The position numbers were made by a program, and so were the translations under genes. Under the pieces are notes generated by a model, which had not been told where the DNA came from, ran no database searches, and was given only the letters and a program-made list of their open reading frames with translations. From NCBI GenBank assembly GCA_964248365.1, contig CAXTYC010000023.1, forward strand, positions 17,386 through 81,385: a stretch of DNA of 64,000 nucleotides, read 5' to 3'. How positions within the stretch are numbered: the stretch's first letter is position 1; every line of letters begins with the position of its first letter. Positions 53,351 through 63,935 of the stretch are shown piece after piece. Source of the DNA: an uncultured Chroococcidiopsis sp. (GTDB taxonomy: Bacteria; Cyanobacteriota; Cyanobacteriia; Cyanobacteriales; Chroococcidiopsidaceae).

Positions 53351-54139
53351 TTACCAACTACCAATTACCACTCTTGCTCCCCAGTCCTGCTTTAACTGTA
53401 TCTGTGCATTGCCACAATTAACGGCGATTTCTACCCAACCATGACTGCCAATCAGAGCGATCGCACTGCCAACAGCACTGTTACTGTACGTTTCAACGAG
53501 TGGTATAGTCAATCCATCTATGATCGCTAACCAAGTTTTTCCTTGTACCAATGTACCTGGGATATTAGTAATTAAATTGCCAAAGCGATCAATATATTGA
53601 ATGCAGCCGACTATCTCGTTATCTGTAAAAGTTAACTGGGGGAAATCTAGCTGAACCAAGCTTGAGGAGTCGATTTCTCTTCCCAGTGCTAGAAGAGGAA
53701 CACCACTAGCAAGATGCGCTCCTACCGAGGCAAAGATATCTCTACCGTGAAATGTGCTTGCAGGATTGCTTGTGCGCCAATAATCAGAATTTGTCAGTTC
53801 AACAGCTGCAATAGCTACACTTTGACTCAGTACACCACTGAATAACCCGTTGTCTGGTCCCACCAGAAAACCTGAATCAAATTCTACAGCGATCGCTCGT
53901 CTGCTGCTGCCTACCCCTGGATCGACTACCGCTACATGAACCGTTCCTGTGGGAAAATAGGGATAGGCATTCATCAAACAAAACCTAGCGGCGGCAATGT
54001 TTTGCGGCTCAATCTGGTGGGTTAGATCTACCACACTCACCTCCCAGTTGATGCAGGCGATCGCGCCTTTCATTACACCCACATACACATCACTTAACCC
54101 AAAGTCAGTCATTAGGGTGAGGATTCGCTTTTGACTCAT
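53351..54139 (-). CDS. SAM hydrolase/SAM-dependent halogenase family (DUF62)
   Basis: TDFG, DLTH, VVDPGVG, PDNG, TFHGRDIF, DRFGN, EIAVN. Confidence 0.9.
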   Translation of the reverse strand: MSQKRILTLMTDFGLSDVYVGVMKGAIACINWEVSVVDLTHQIEPQNIAAARFCLMNAYPYFPTGTVHVAVVDPGVGSSRRAIAVEFDSGFLVGPDNGLFSGVLSQSVAIAAVELTNSDYWRTSNPASTFHGRDIFASVGAHLASGVPLLALGREIDSSSLVQLDFPQLTFTDNEIVGCIQYIDRFGNLITNIPGTLVQGKTWLAIIDGLTIPLVETYSNSAVGSAIALIGSHGWVEIAVNCGNAQIQLKQDWGARVVIGSW

Positions 54140-54193
54140 TTTCTCTACTACCACTAAAGAGCGATCTTGTTAATAACAGTTACAAATTATTCT

Positions 54194-54207
54194 GTAGCCC
54201 TTGTTAC
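54194..54207. promoter_or_regulatory. NtcA site upstream of pirA
   Basis: GTAGCCCTTGTTAC = GTA-N8-TAC. Confidence 0.65.
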
Positions 54208-54268
54208 TAAATTATTGCTATGTTATGATAAAAGAACATAAAGCAGAAAACACACAAAAAAGCTCACT

Positions 54269-54424
54269 ATGAACAGAAATAGACAACAAGATGTAAGACA
54301 AGCTGCCCAAGCGCATCGCCAAAGTATTCAGAGAAACATACAGCACCGCTTGGAAGTTGCCAAAGCCAAAGGTGATGAAAACCTAGTCCGTCAACTCGAA
54401 GCAGAAATGAACCATTTCAATTAA
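54269..54424 (+). CDS. pirA: PII-interacting regulator of arginine synthesis (51 aa; not in ORF track)
   Basis: MNRNRQQDVRQAAQAHRQSIQRNIQHRLEVAKAKGDENLVRQLEAEMNHFN. Confidence 0.85.
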   Translation: MNRNRQQDVRQAAQAHRQSIQRNIQHRLEVAKAKGDENLVRQLEAEMNHFN

Positions 54425-54476
54425 TTTGCGGTTGCTTCAAATTTGTAAGCAAATAAAAATTAATAAATAGAATGTG

Positions 54477-54650
54477 GTAGAGACGCGATGTTCATCGCGT
54501 CTCTATTTTTTTCCTCTCTCGTTCCCACAGCGATGCTTGGGAACGAGAGTAGCTGCCGCCTGGGAGCAAGAGTGGCTCAGCCTGGGAACGATAGTGGCGG
54601 CAGCTTGGAAACGAGAGTAACTGTAGGGGCGAACAGCAGTACGCCCCTAC
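54477..54650. repeat. Composite REP cluster with four degenerate 22-23 bp tandem units
   Basis: GTAGAGACGCGAT..ATCGCGTCTCTA, CTCTCGTTCCCA..TGGGAACGAGAG, repeated TGG(G/A)A(A/G)C..(G/T)AGT units, GTAGGGGCG..CGCCCCTAC. Confidence 0.75.
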
Positions 54651-54735
54651 TTCTGTACGGTCGTCGTAGCTATACTGGTTGTTTAACAGCCTACACCAAT
54701 ATCCACAATCGACCATTGCAGCAAAGGAATTTTTC

Positions 54736-55548
54736 ATGAAAGCCGAAGTGATTACTGTGACAGCTAGTATTTGGGAGGTGTTACAAACCAATATTCGCTG
54801 GATGGGTTGGAATCTATTTTTGGCTTTTGTGCCTCTGGATTTGAGTATTTCGCTGTTTTGTAGAGGACGAGTACACCTAGACAAAGTAGCACAAACTACA
54901 ATCAACCGCTGGATTTGGTGGCTGCGATTGTATATTTTCTTGGTTTTATTACCAAATGCACTTTATGTTTTGACTAGCGCGCACCTGCTGGCAGTTTTGC
55001 CGCTAGGTTTGAGTGCTTGGCTATTTTTACGGGGGAGATTGCACTCTCTAGTTTGGTGGTTAGGATTCTTAGTTTTCGTGGCTTTCTTACCCAACGCACC
55101 CTATGTTTTGACCGATGTAATTCACCTTATAGGTGATATTCGTGTCATTCGCTCGGTGTGGTTGATTACTTTAGTTGTGTTGCCGATGTACCTGCTATTT
55201 ATTATGTCTGGGTTTGAGGCTTACGTTTTATCATTAATTAACTTGGGCTACTACCTAAAGCGCATCGGTAAGCCAGGATGGATTTTAGGTGCAGAATTAC
55301 TCATCCATGCTCTAAGTGCAGTTGGTATATATCTAGGAAGATTCTTGCGGTTCAATAGCTGGGATTTTATTACTCAACCGGATGCATTAGCAACTAGCTT
55401 AGTAGAAGATGTTTTAGGTAAACGTCCGTTAGTAATTATCGTCATTACCTTTGTCTGTCTTGCAGGCTTGTACTGGATAATGAAACGATTGACTCTAGGG
55501 ATATTTTGGCAAAGACGCGAGGCAATGTTTAAAGTCAGTAGTAAGTAG
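54736..55548 (+). CDS. DUF1361-like membrane protein
   Basis: WNLFLA.VP, FLPNAPY.LTD.IH, GIYLGRFLRFNSWD. Confidence 0.85.
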   Translation: MKAEVITVTASIWEVLQTNIRWMGWNLFLAFVPLDLSISLFCRGRVHLDKVAQTTINRWIWWLRLYIFLVLLPNALYVLTSAHLLAVLPLGLSAWLFLRGRLHSLVWWLGFLVFVAFLPNAPYVLTDVIHLIGDIRVIRSVWLITLVVLPMYLLFIMSGFEAYVLSLINLGYYLKRIGKPGWILGAELLIHALSAVGIYLGRFLRFNSWDFITQPDALATSLVEDVLGKRPLVIIVITFVCLAGLYWIMKRLTLGIFWQRREAMFKVSSK

Positions 55549-55744
55549 TGAATACAACCTGCCAATTACCAATTACCAACTACCACGTTTATTAACCCTC
55601 CAGTCTATATTCACCGGGTATCCACCTAAAGGAGGGTATAGGGTGCAGGCAATTTTTAATCAAAAGAAAGATGAAAGCATACCAGTATACGCATGAAATG
55701 AATCTAGGTCTGTTGTTTCATGACGTGGATAGGAATTGCGTTAT

Positions 55745-56914
55745 ATGCCACTATTGTCTATTGATGAATTAAAAACTTTAGTAGAAAATCCCAAATCTCC
55801 TTGTGTCTCAATTTATCTGCCTACACAAAAGGCAGGACCAGAAGTTAGACAAAACCCCATTCGCTTCAAAAATCTCATCCGTGAAGCCCAGGAACGACTA
55901 GATGCAATAGGTATACGCCACACCGATGCGGTGGAATTTCTAAAATCTGCTCATGAACTCGATACAGGTGAGTTCTGGGAACACCAAGATCACGGATTAG
56001 CAATTTTTATTTCTCCAGATGTATTTCGCTACTATCAACTGCCGATGGAGTTTCAAGAATTGGTGGTAGTCAGCGATCAATTCCACCTCAAGCCACTGCT
56101 GCATTTGATCAATAACGATGGGCGTTTTTACATCCTGGCTTTGAGTCAAAAGGATGTTCGCTTCTTTGAAGGAACACGCTACAGCGTCAACCAGGTAGAA
56201 GTAGAAAATATGCCCAAGAGTCTAGATGAAGCTCTCCAATATGACGATACTGCTAAAGAAGGGCAGTTTCGGATCGCTACATCAAAAGGGGGAACCTCCA
56301 ATTCTGCTACGCAACCAGGTGCGTTTCATGGACAAGGAAGCCCCGATAGGGATAAGCATCAGGAAAGCATTTTGCAATTCTGCCATGCTGTTGATAGCGC
56401 ATTGCACGAGAAACTAAAGAATCAAAAAGCGCCTTTAGTGGTGGCGGGTGTTGAGTATCTCCATCCGATTTATCGAGAGGGGAATACTTATCCTCATCTG
56501 GTGGAGCAAGGCATTACTGGAAATCCAGAAATCCTCAAACCCGAAGAATTGCACGACGGGGCTTGGCAAATTGTCGAGCCTTTGTTTCATCAGAAAGAGC
56601 AGGAGGCGATCGCGCGTTACCAGGAACTAGCAGGAGCTGATACAGGTAAAGCCTCTAATGATATTAAAGAAATCATCCCAGCTGCTTATTTCCAACGAAT
56701 TGATTCTTTGATCGTACCTGTAGGGCGGCAGATGTGGGGCGACTTCGATCCAGATACGATGAATGTAGATTTACACTCAGAACCCCTACCAGACGACGAG
56801 GATATGTTGGATTTTGCCGCAATTCACACTCTGTTGAACGGCGGCACAGTTTACGCGGTTGAACCTGAGCAAGTGCCAGAACAAGCCCCAGCAGCAGCAA
56901 TTTTCCGCTATTAG
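55745..56914 (+). CDS. Bacterial archaeo-eukaryotic release-factor-like protein (baeRF)
   Basis: CVSIYLP, IRFKNL, FHLKPL, FHGQG, PLVVAG, AAIFRY. Confidence 0.8.
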   Translation: MPLLSIDELKTLVENPKSPCVSIYLPTQKAGPEVRQNPIRFKNLIREAQERLDAIGIRHTDAVEFLKSAHELDTGEFWEHQDHGLAIFISPDVFRYYQLPMEFQELVVVSDQFHLKPLLHLINNDGRFYILALSQKDVRFFEGTRYSVNQVEVENMPKSLDEALQYDDTAKEGQFRIATSKGGTSNSATQPGAFHGQGSPDRDKHQESILQFCHAVDSALHEKLKNQKAPLVVAGVEYLHPIYREGNTYPHLVEQGITGNPEILKPEELHDGAWQIVEPLFHQKEQEAIARYQELAGADTGKASNDIKEIIPAAYFQRIDSLIVPVGRQMWGDFDPDTMNVDLHSEPLPDDEDMLDFAAIHTLLNGGTVYAVEPEQVPEQAPAAAIFRY

Positions 56915-57095
56915 CTATTAGCTATTAGCAGTTGATTGACTAATGAGTATTAAAGATCTGCACTCGCGCTTAAATGGAGCTACGCGCCAGCGGTTAGCTG
57001 CTAACAACTAACAGCTAACCGCGTTCTCGCAACCGCTAACCGCTATTAGCTAATAGCTTTCAAAGGTCAACCCTAGCTTCTAGAACAGTCAGGAG

Positions 57096-58061
57096 TTAGT
57101 CAAAAACAGCTAACCATAAAGGTAGCACTAGAAGATACAAGACTGTAGACAAGAAAATACTGCTAGCGATTAGTTTTCGGTCGAGGTTATATTCTTCAGC
57201 AAAAATTAGCCCAGCAAAAGCAGTAGGAACCCCTGACATCAAAACCATTGCCAAGCGGCGATCGCCAGATAATCCAAATAATAGCGTTGTTGTCACACCA
57301 ACTAATCCTGGGATAACCAAAACTCTTAAAATAGCTGGAATAAGAGCTTGTTTCAAACTCTTCCAACCTTGGATTTGGCACAGTCGCATTCCAATCAGTA
57401 AAAAAGCACAGGCGATAACAATATTGATAGAAGCTTCTAGTCCTGATTCAACGATTGGCGGTAGATGAACTGGTTGAGTTAGATAACCGATGACAAAAGC
57501 CCAAAGCACAGGGACAGTCAAAACGTCTCTTAGATGAATCCACCAGTGATGTGGTTGATTTGAACGACCATAAAAGCTAGCAATTAGCACTCCAAAACCA
57601 TAAGCACCAATGATGTTATGGGTAATGCTGTAAAACACAATCCAATTCAAGTAATCATTGCTAATTAAAGCAGGGGCTATACTTAATCCGACGAAGCCTG
57701 TATTACCTAATACAGCCGCTAAAATAAAACTTCCCTGATAAGAAGCATTCTGCCATTGACTGGACAATTCTGATTTTTTTGATTGTGGCGATACATCTTG
57801 CCATTTCAAACCCAACAAACATAAATAAGCAACACCAAAGCCTAGTCCCAACGCTGCCAAAGTCACGACCGGAGCAAGTCCAGCAGGCTGGGAAAAATTA
57901 GTTTGACGGGCTAAAGCCAAAAGTTCCAGCGGTATACCAACCCAATAAAGACCACGCCCTAAAAACCGAGGCAATGTTTCTGGCAACAAACGAAAAAGCA
58001 ATAGCCCCACACCCGTCCATATAATTAGGGGCGTGTAAGCATGAAATAAAGTTTCTGTCAT
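57096..58061 (-). CDS. AEC family transporter
   Basis: GNTGFVG, P.LWA, VPTAF...AEEYNLD. Confidence 0.9.
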   Translation of the reverse strand: MTETLFHAYTPLIIWTGVGLLLFRLLPETLPRFLGRGLYWVGIPLELLALARQTNFSQPAGLAPVVTLAALGLGFGVAYLCLLGLKWQDVSPQSKKSELSSQWQNASYQGSFILAAVLGNTGFVGLSIAPALISNDYLNWIVFYSITHNIIGAYGFGVLIASFYGRSNQPHHWWIHLRDVLTVPVLWAFVIGYLTQPVHLPPIVESGLEASINIVIACAFLLIGMRLCQIQGWKSLKQALIPAILRVLVIPGLVGVTTTLLFGLSGDRRLAMVLMSGVPTAFAGLIFAEEYNLDRKLIASSIFLSTVLYLLVLPLWLAVFD

Positions 58062-58308
58062 GAATAGCAAGTAGCAGTTAGCTGTTAGCTGTTATACCAT
58101 TTCGTTAAATAATTGCTACATTTGATCTCCCCTTTAAAAGGGGGGCATGGGGGGATTAAATGTGTTGTTTCCAAAAAGTGAATTGGTATTAGCTGTTAGC
58201 TTTGTGAGTATCAGTATTTATCAAGCGTTTTTGTATTTCTATTTCTTTAATACTCCTGCTTGTAAATCAAATGCTAAAAGCTAATCGCTAAAAGCTAAAA
58301 GCTAATCG

Positions 58309-60696
58309 CTACTTCTGAACCTTCATCGTCTGAATGCGCCATTGACCGTCTTTGCGAACCAAATCGTACATAACCCGCAATGTTTCATTGTACGAGGTAG
58401 CCCGATTCAACCGACCTTTATCATAGACTTGTGCCGCTTCATTTACAGTAGCTACTACCTGAGCATGATCTGGCAAGGATGCTTTCGTTTGCACTGAATT
58501 AACTTTAACGCTGTGCTTGTACTGCCTTGTTCGGTTACTTGCCTTGTCATTTTGAACTCTTTGTTGCCACTGGGAAAGGGCTGGCTGCACTAAAATTTGC
58601 TCTAATTTGTCAACAGCGTGATTTTGACCAAAAGCTGCTGATTTTGTAGACAGCCAACTTTGAATTACCTGTAGCGCCGTTGCCTGATTTAGTGCTTGTG
58701 CTACTGGGCTTTGTTTTCTTTCTGGCTGAACCATAGGTATAGCTACGGGTGGTTGATTTAGCTCTACCATTAGCTGCGCTTCTGCCCCTGCTGGCTTAGC
58801 AAAGATGTGTCTGAATAAACCATAGACTCCGCTTGCTAAAAACCACAAAACGACTATCCCTAGTACACTGCTAGCCAGTAGCAAAACCAGTCGATTTTTC
58901 CCCACACCCTGGATGCCCCTAGCCGTGTTATTGCTATTATCCTGGGGATGAAATAACAGCTTACCATGTTCATGCTCATTAGTTTGGGTAACTCGATTTT
59001 TTGTTCGTCTCCTAGAACGTTTTGCCGATTTTACCCCAGGTAGGGTAGAGTTAGCCTCATTGTGGTTTGTGGTTGGTCTAGCAACACGCGAGGTATCAGG
59101 TAGGACAGCAACACCAGAGGTGAGGGGTGCTCTGTGAGAGGCGATCTGTTCCTTTGAAGGCAAGAGGCTAGAGGCTAGAGGCGAGAGGTTAGATTTTTCG
59201 TTTGAAGGCAGATCTATGCTACCAGTAGACGTTTTTTCCTCTTGCCTCTTGCCTCTCGCCTCTTGCCTACGTGCAACACCCTTTTGCTCTTCCAGGCTTC
59301 TGGTATAACTCGATTGAGAAGTTAAAAACTCGTCGCTGCTTTGATCTACATGGTTGTAGGCAGTTGACAAATGCAATGATTTGTGTTCCAACTCAACCTT
59401 CGACTCATCAGTTGCTTCTAATTGGGTTGGCAGTGTTTCTAAATAAGCCTGCACCTGTTGATCGGCAAAATACTCCTTGAGGGAAGCTTGCCGCTCTGCC
59501 AGATCCCGAAAGTTAGGAAACACTTCGTTTTGCAACCAGCTTTCACTATAAAGACACAATCCTGGTAGTAAGTCGGGCGCTCCTTGGGAATGTTCACGAA
59601 TAAAAGCTAGGGTTTCATACTCTTGACTAAGTTCTAAAGCTACGCTGGCTTGGGCTGTCTGACCCAATAACAGCGCACAGATTGCCTGTTCCAGATACAA
59701 GTCTTGGCGCTTGCCCAAACGCACCAGCATTAATTTTGCCTGACGAATCAATACAGGTTGACGTTGAGCAAACCCTAGAGCGATCAGAGCATAGACTGCA
59801 AGATAGCTGGCAACGGCACAAGGACGCTGGCTTTCCGCTTCAAATAATGTTTGCTGCTCTGCTGTACTCAGATAGCTACGCAGTTGTTGAATAAAGCAAA
59901 GAAAGTCCTCAACACTAAGACCAGAACCATCGTCACCAGTGCCATCAATGCCTTTACGTTCTTCTAAGATAGCTTGTAATAATTGCAATCCTTGTTGTCT
60001 TTCGGCAACATTAGCTTCAGGCTGTGCTAGTAATTCCAGAATCCGATAGGGGCGCAGTTTGTCTAGATCAGCTTTTATTTCGCCTGCAACACTAGGAAAT
60101 AGCCCTTCGAGTGTTAGCAAATTTTGACCCCTTTCCAAAGAGGAAGCAGCATTTTCGTATTTACCTTGCTGCCATTGCTCCCGCCCTAGTTCTAAGTAGG
60201 CAAGGGCAAGGGTTAAAACAATGTCTGAGCGAACTGTGAAGTCAAATTCGCTCCTTTGTCCCCTCTGGGGAGTGCCACTATTTGTTGTACTCAGGAAAGA
60301 AAGACCTAGATCCAAGACAAGTTCGTATTCTCCCAGTTCTTGTAAAATCAACAGAGCGCCAACAAACAGATCGTCAGCAATTTCAATACTGGGACTGTTT
60401 GGTTCGAATGTGGCAGTTGAGACATTTGGACGTGGGGCGGCTGTAGCGATCGCGTCGTTGCTAGCCTGATCAATCGAAAAAGCAAAATAGCTAGCATCAT
60501 AGCGTTGGCGTTGCTCCCGATCAGACAGAACAGAGTAAGCCTGGCTTATGAGTTGATTACGAGCCTCGATCGCTGCTGGTGAATACTCACGCTGCGGCAG
60601 CTGCACAGTGCGATCGCGGTAAGCTTGTTGCAGATGCTCAGCACCAGTCTGAATTGGCAATCCCAAAATTTGGTAGTAATCAAGCGGAATTCGCAC
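58309..60696 (-). CDS. ftn2: Cell-division protein Ftn2/ZipN (ARC6)
   Basis: MRIPLDYY.ILG J-like domain, DLLPGLC, TM segment, C-terminal IMS/DUF4101 domain. Confidence 0.92.
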   Translation of the reverse strand: MRIPLDYYQILGLPIQTGAEHLQQAYRDRTVQLPQREYSPAAIEARNQLISQAYSVLSDREQRQRYDASYFAFSIDQASNDAIATAAPRPNVSTATFEPNSPSIEIADDLFVGALLILQELGEYELVLDLGLSFLSTTNSGTPQRGQRSEFDFTVRSDIVLTLALAYLELGREQWQQGKYENAASSLERGQNLLTLEGLFPSVAGEIKADLDKLRPYRILELLAQPEANVAERQQGLQLLQAILEERKGIDGTGDDGSGLSVEDFLCFIQQLRSYLSTAEQQTLFEAESQRPCAVASYLAVYALIALGFAQRQPVLIRQAKLMLVRLGKRQDLYLEQAICALLLGQTAQASVALELSQEYETLAFIREHSQGAPDLLPGLCLYSESWLQNEVFPNFRDLAERQASLKEYFADQQVQAYLETLPTQLEATDESKVELEHKSLHLSTAYNHVDQSSDEFLTSQSSYTRSLEEQKGVARRQEARGKRQEEKTSTGSIDLPSNEKSNLSPLASSLLPSKEQIASHRAPLTSGVAVLPDTSRVARPTTNHNEANSTLPGVKSAKRSRRRTKNRVTQTNEHEHGKLLFHPQDNSNNTARGIQGVGKNRLVLLLASSVLGIVVLWFLASGVYGLFRHIFAKPAGAEAQLMVELNQPPVAIPMVQPERKQSPVAQALNQATALQVIQSWLSTKSAAFGQNHAVDKLEQILVQPALSQWQQRVQNDKASNRTRQYKHSVKVNSVQTKASLPDHAQVVATVNEAAQVYDKGRLNRATSYNETLRVMYDLVRKDGQWRIQTMKVQK

Positions 60697-60977
60697 AGTC
60701 TAGATCCCTTGCACCGTGAGTAATAAAAATATCAAAACAGTAGCGATTCCCCACAATCAGGTAAACCGTGCCATTATAATAACCTGTGGAATTTAACTGT
60801 GTAGCTAGTTCATTTACAAGATTGAGCTAAGAATGTTTGATGGTTTTGAACTGAAACTTTACTTAACCTGGACATAGATGTCGCTGGGGAGTGACATAAA
60901 CTGCATTTATTTATTACAAGACAGGTTATCTTAAGAAAAAATAACTTTAGGTATTGTTACAAAGGTACTGCAAAGTA

Positions 60978-62012
60978 ATGATTCAAGAACGAACATTACC
61001 AGATTTTCACTCTGCTACAGCCCAGATTACTAGAGAAGAAGGATTGCGGCTGTACGAGGACATGGTGTTAGGGCGCTTTTTTGAAGACAAATGCGCTGAA
61101 ATGTACTACAGGGGCAAAATGTTCGGTTTTGTTCACCTGTACAACGGTCAGGAAGCCGTTTCTACAGGTGTGATCCAAGCCATGCGACCTGGTGAGGATT
61201 ACGTTTGCAGTACCTACCGCGATCACGTCCATGCCCTAAGTGCTGGAGTACCAGCCAAAGAAGTAATGGCGGAGTTATTCGGCAAGGCGACTGGTTGTAG
61301 TAAAGGGCGTGGCGGTTCGATGCATATGTTCTCATCCCAGCATCGTCTGCTGGGTGGGTATGCTTTCGTCGCTGAGGGCATTCCAGTAGCAGCGGGAGCC
61401 GCTTTTCAATCCAAGTATCGCCGCGAAGTGTTAGGTGATGAAAGCGCCGATCAGGTGAGTGCTTGCTTTTTTGGAGATGGAGCCTGCAATAACGGTCAGT
61501 TCTATGAAACGTTGAATATGGCGGCTTTATGGAAACTGCCTATTTTGTTCGTCGTAGAAAACAATAAGTGGGCGATCGGAATGGCTCATGAACGGGCAAC
61601 TTCCCAGCCAGAAATCTACAAGAAAGCTAGTGTGTTTGGCATGGCAGGTGTAGAAGTAGATGGCATGGATGTGTTGGCAGTAAGGGCAGTAGCTAAAGAG
61701 GCTGTCGCCCGCGCCCGCGCTGGGGAAGGACCTACTTTGATTGAAGCCCTCACCTATCGTTTTCGGGGACATTCCCTAGCAGATCCAGATGAACTGCGCG
61801 ACAAAGCTGAGAAAGAATTCTGGTTTTCCCGCGACCCCATTAAGAAGCTGGCGGCTTACATGGTAGAGCAAAATCTTGCCGACCAGGAAGACCTCAAAGC
61901 AATTGAGCGCAAGATTGAGCAGGTAATAGACGAAGCAGTGCACTTTGCTGAGAGTAGCCCACAACCCGATCCAAGTGAGTTGTATCGCTTTGTGTTCGCC
62001 CAAGACGAGTAA
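60978..62012 (+). CDS. pdhA: Pyruvate dehydrogenase E1 alpha
   Basis: [31 protein letters not shown]. Confidence 0.97.
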   Translation: MIQERTLPDFHSATAQITREEGLRLYEDMVLGRFFEDKCAEMYYRGKMFGFVHLYNGQEAVSTGVIQAMRPGEDYVCSTYRDHVHALSAGVPAKEVMAELFGKATGCSKGRGGSMHMFSSQHRLLGGYAFVAEGIPVAAGAAFQSKYRREVLGDESADQVSACFFGDGACNNGQFYETLNMAALWKLPILFVVENNKWAIGMAHERATSQPEIYKKASVFGMAGVEVDGMDVLAVRAVAKEAVARARAGEGPTLIEALTYRFRGHSLADPDELRDKAEKEFWFSRDPIKKLAAYMVEQNLADQEDLKAIERKIEQVIDEAVHFAESSPQPDPSELYRFVFAQDE

Positions 62013-62019
62013 AAACTAT

Positions 62020-62120
62020 GGTAATGGGTAATGGGTAATGGGAGGAAGCGCAAGGAAGCGCAAGGAAGACAATTACCAACTACCAACTACCAATTACCAA
62101 TTACCAACTACCAATTACCA
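62020..62120. repeat. STRR arrays (GGTAAT)n and (ACCAATT/ACCAACT)n
   Basis: Visible tandem hexamers and heptamers in inverted arrangement. Confidence 0.8.
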
Positions 62121-62137
62121 AACTCAGGACTAAATTT

Positions 62138-63007
62138 GTGTTTGCGATCGCACTCGAACAGCAGCAATACAAAACCTACATCCTTTCTGATACCTCTAGC
62201 TCCTCCCGACTAGAGGTAGTACCAGAACGCGGCGGTATCATCACCCGCTGGCGCGTCCAGGGTCAAGAAATTCTTTACTTAGACCAGGAACGATTTGAAG
62301 ATCCCCAATTAAGCGTTCGCGGCGGCATTCCAATATTATTTCCCATCTGCGGTAACTTACCGGAAAATACCTACACTTACAAAGGTCAGCAGTATACACT
62401 CAAGCAACACGGCTTCGCCCGTGACTTGCCTTGGAGATCTGTTGGTTCAGTGTATGAACAAGGAGTTTCTCTTCAGGCTGATCTCCACACCAATGAGCAA
62501 ACACAGGCAGTTTACCCGTTTGACTTTGTGCTGGTTTTGACTTATCAAATCAAAGGTAACAGTTTAATAATTTACCAGCATTACACAAATAAATCCTCTG
62601 AACCCATGCCTTTTTCATCTGGGTTTCATCCTTACTTCCTCACCCACGATAAAACACAGCTTGAATTTGAAATTCCCTCCCGTGAGTACCAAAACCAAAA
62701 AACTGGGGAAGTTCAGTCCTTCAACGGTACTTTTGACTTTAACCAAGATGAAATCGATGTGGCGTTTAAGCAATTAAGCGGTAATTCTGCCACAGTCATC
62801 GACCACAGTCGCCGCTTAAAACTAACGCTCGATTACGACGATATCTATTCCACCCTGGTGTTTTGGACACTTAAGAGCAAAGACTTCTACTGTCTGGAAC
62901 CTTGGAGCGCTCCTCGTAATGCTCTCAACACTGGTGAAAACCTGATTATGTTGGAAGCAGGGGCTAGCTGCTCAGTAACTGTACGCTTGACGGCAAATTT
63001 TTTCTAA
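62138..63007 (+). CDS. Aldose 1-epimerase family protein
   Basis: RGGIPILFP, QHGFAR, GFHPYF, CLEPW. Confidence 0.92.
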   Translation: MFAIALEQQQYKTYILSDTSSSSRLEVVPERGGIITRWRVQGQEILYLDQERFEDPQLSVRGGIPILFPICGNLPENTYTYKGQQYTLKQHGFARDLPWRSVGSVYEQGVSLQADLHTNEQTQAVYPFDFVLVLTYQIKGNSLIIYQHYTNKSSEPMPFSSGFHPYFLTHDKTQLEFEIPSREYQNQKTGEVQSFNGTFDFNQDEIDVAFKQLSGNSATVIDHSRRLKLTLDYDDIYSTLVFWTLKSKDFYCLEPWSAPRNALNTGENLIMLEAGASCSVTVRLTANFF

Positions 63008-63065
63008 ACACTCTTGCAATTTTCAAGATGATTATGTTATTATCGGAAAGTTGCAAAAAACGAAC

Positions 63066-63137
63066 GGGTCGCTAACTCAACGGTAGAGTACTCGGCTTTT
63101 AACCGAATAGTTCTGGGTTCGAATCCCAGGCGACCCA
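63066..63137 (+). tRNA. tRNA-Lys (TTT)
   Basis: GGGTCGC acceptor stem, CTTTTAA anticodon loop, GGTTCGAATCC T-arm; 72 nt. Confidence 0.96.
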
Positions 63138-63324
63138 TAAATGAAGAAACGCCGTATCTATTATAAATCAACGAATCCATCAACTATAGAACAGTTGACA
63201 GATTTTTTTTTGTAACTTGATAATCGTTTATTTTTTTATCTTGTATCAACTTTGTATCAAGCTTTGGTAAACTAACCTTTTGTCTTGTATCATCAACTAA
63301 ATAGACTAATCGGAATAATACAAG

Positions 63325-63730
63325 ATGGGACAAGTGGCCTTTACTGTAGAGAGAGAGTAGGTAGAGTCACGATCGAGCGATTTAGGGACTCTATACGGCT
63401 TCGTTGGACGTTGGATGGCATTAAACGTATTCACTCACCATTGGGAAGGATTCTAGAGAGGCTCTGACGGCTGCTAGAGCCAAAGCTGGGAGGATCAATG
63501 ACGATATCACTTTTGATCGCTTTGACCCGACATTAAACTGCTCTGGTAAAGAATCTACTGTTTTAGAGATTGTATCACCGATACAATCCAAGCCATAAAT
63601 CAGCTTGAGGCAATTATGGGATAAATATCTAGCTGATAAGCTTCCCAATATCAAACACAAAACCCAGGATGAGTATCATAATTTCACTAAGCTTTTAGAC
63701 AAGATAGATCCATCGTTTTCTTTTAATGCC
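63325..63730 (+). pseudogene. Tyrosine integrase N-terminal remnant (Arm DNA-binding domain)
   Basis: VTIERFRDSIRLRWTLDG / YSLTIG...A.AKA..I..DI.FDRFDPTL / LRQLWDKY; frameshifted, next to a tRNA. Confidence 0.65.
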
Positions 63731-63935
63731 GATACTTTTTTGCTAACGTTCATTAACAAATACACTCTTTCAAGGGCGGATCAACCACTGCGCGAAGGAA
63801 AATCCCTCGTACCCCGTTAAGATACCGATTCATGGACTGCCCAGTTAGCTTAGATTTAATGACTGTAGCACCACCTAATTTGGCTACAATTTCACCAGGG
63901 AGAGCTAACTGTTTTTGATGTATAAGCTTCATTAC
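63729..63935 (-). mobile_element. IS200/IS605/IS607-family TnpB 3' remnant with putative right end
   Basis: NEAYTSKTVS / GEIVAKLGG..IKS..TG..MNR.LNG.RGIFLRAVVDPP...* (stop at 63753). Confidence 0.65.

Noticed and set aside
53351..54139. True chlorinase/fluorinase for a halogenated product
   Set aside because: Has the HGRD motif typical of DUF62 SAM hydrolases and sits in a housekeeping context
54516..54620. CRISPR-like array
   Set aside because: Units are degenerate and only 22-23 bp in total, with no real spacers and no cas genes; REP-derived
63605..63820. 71-aa ORF as an independent gene
   Set aside because: Chimera of an integrase fragment and antisense TnpB/IS end
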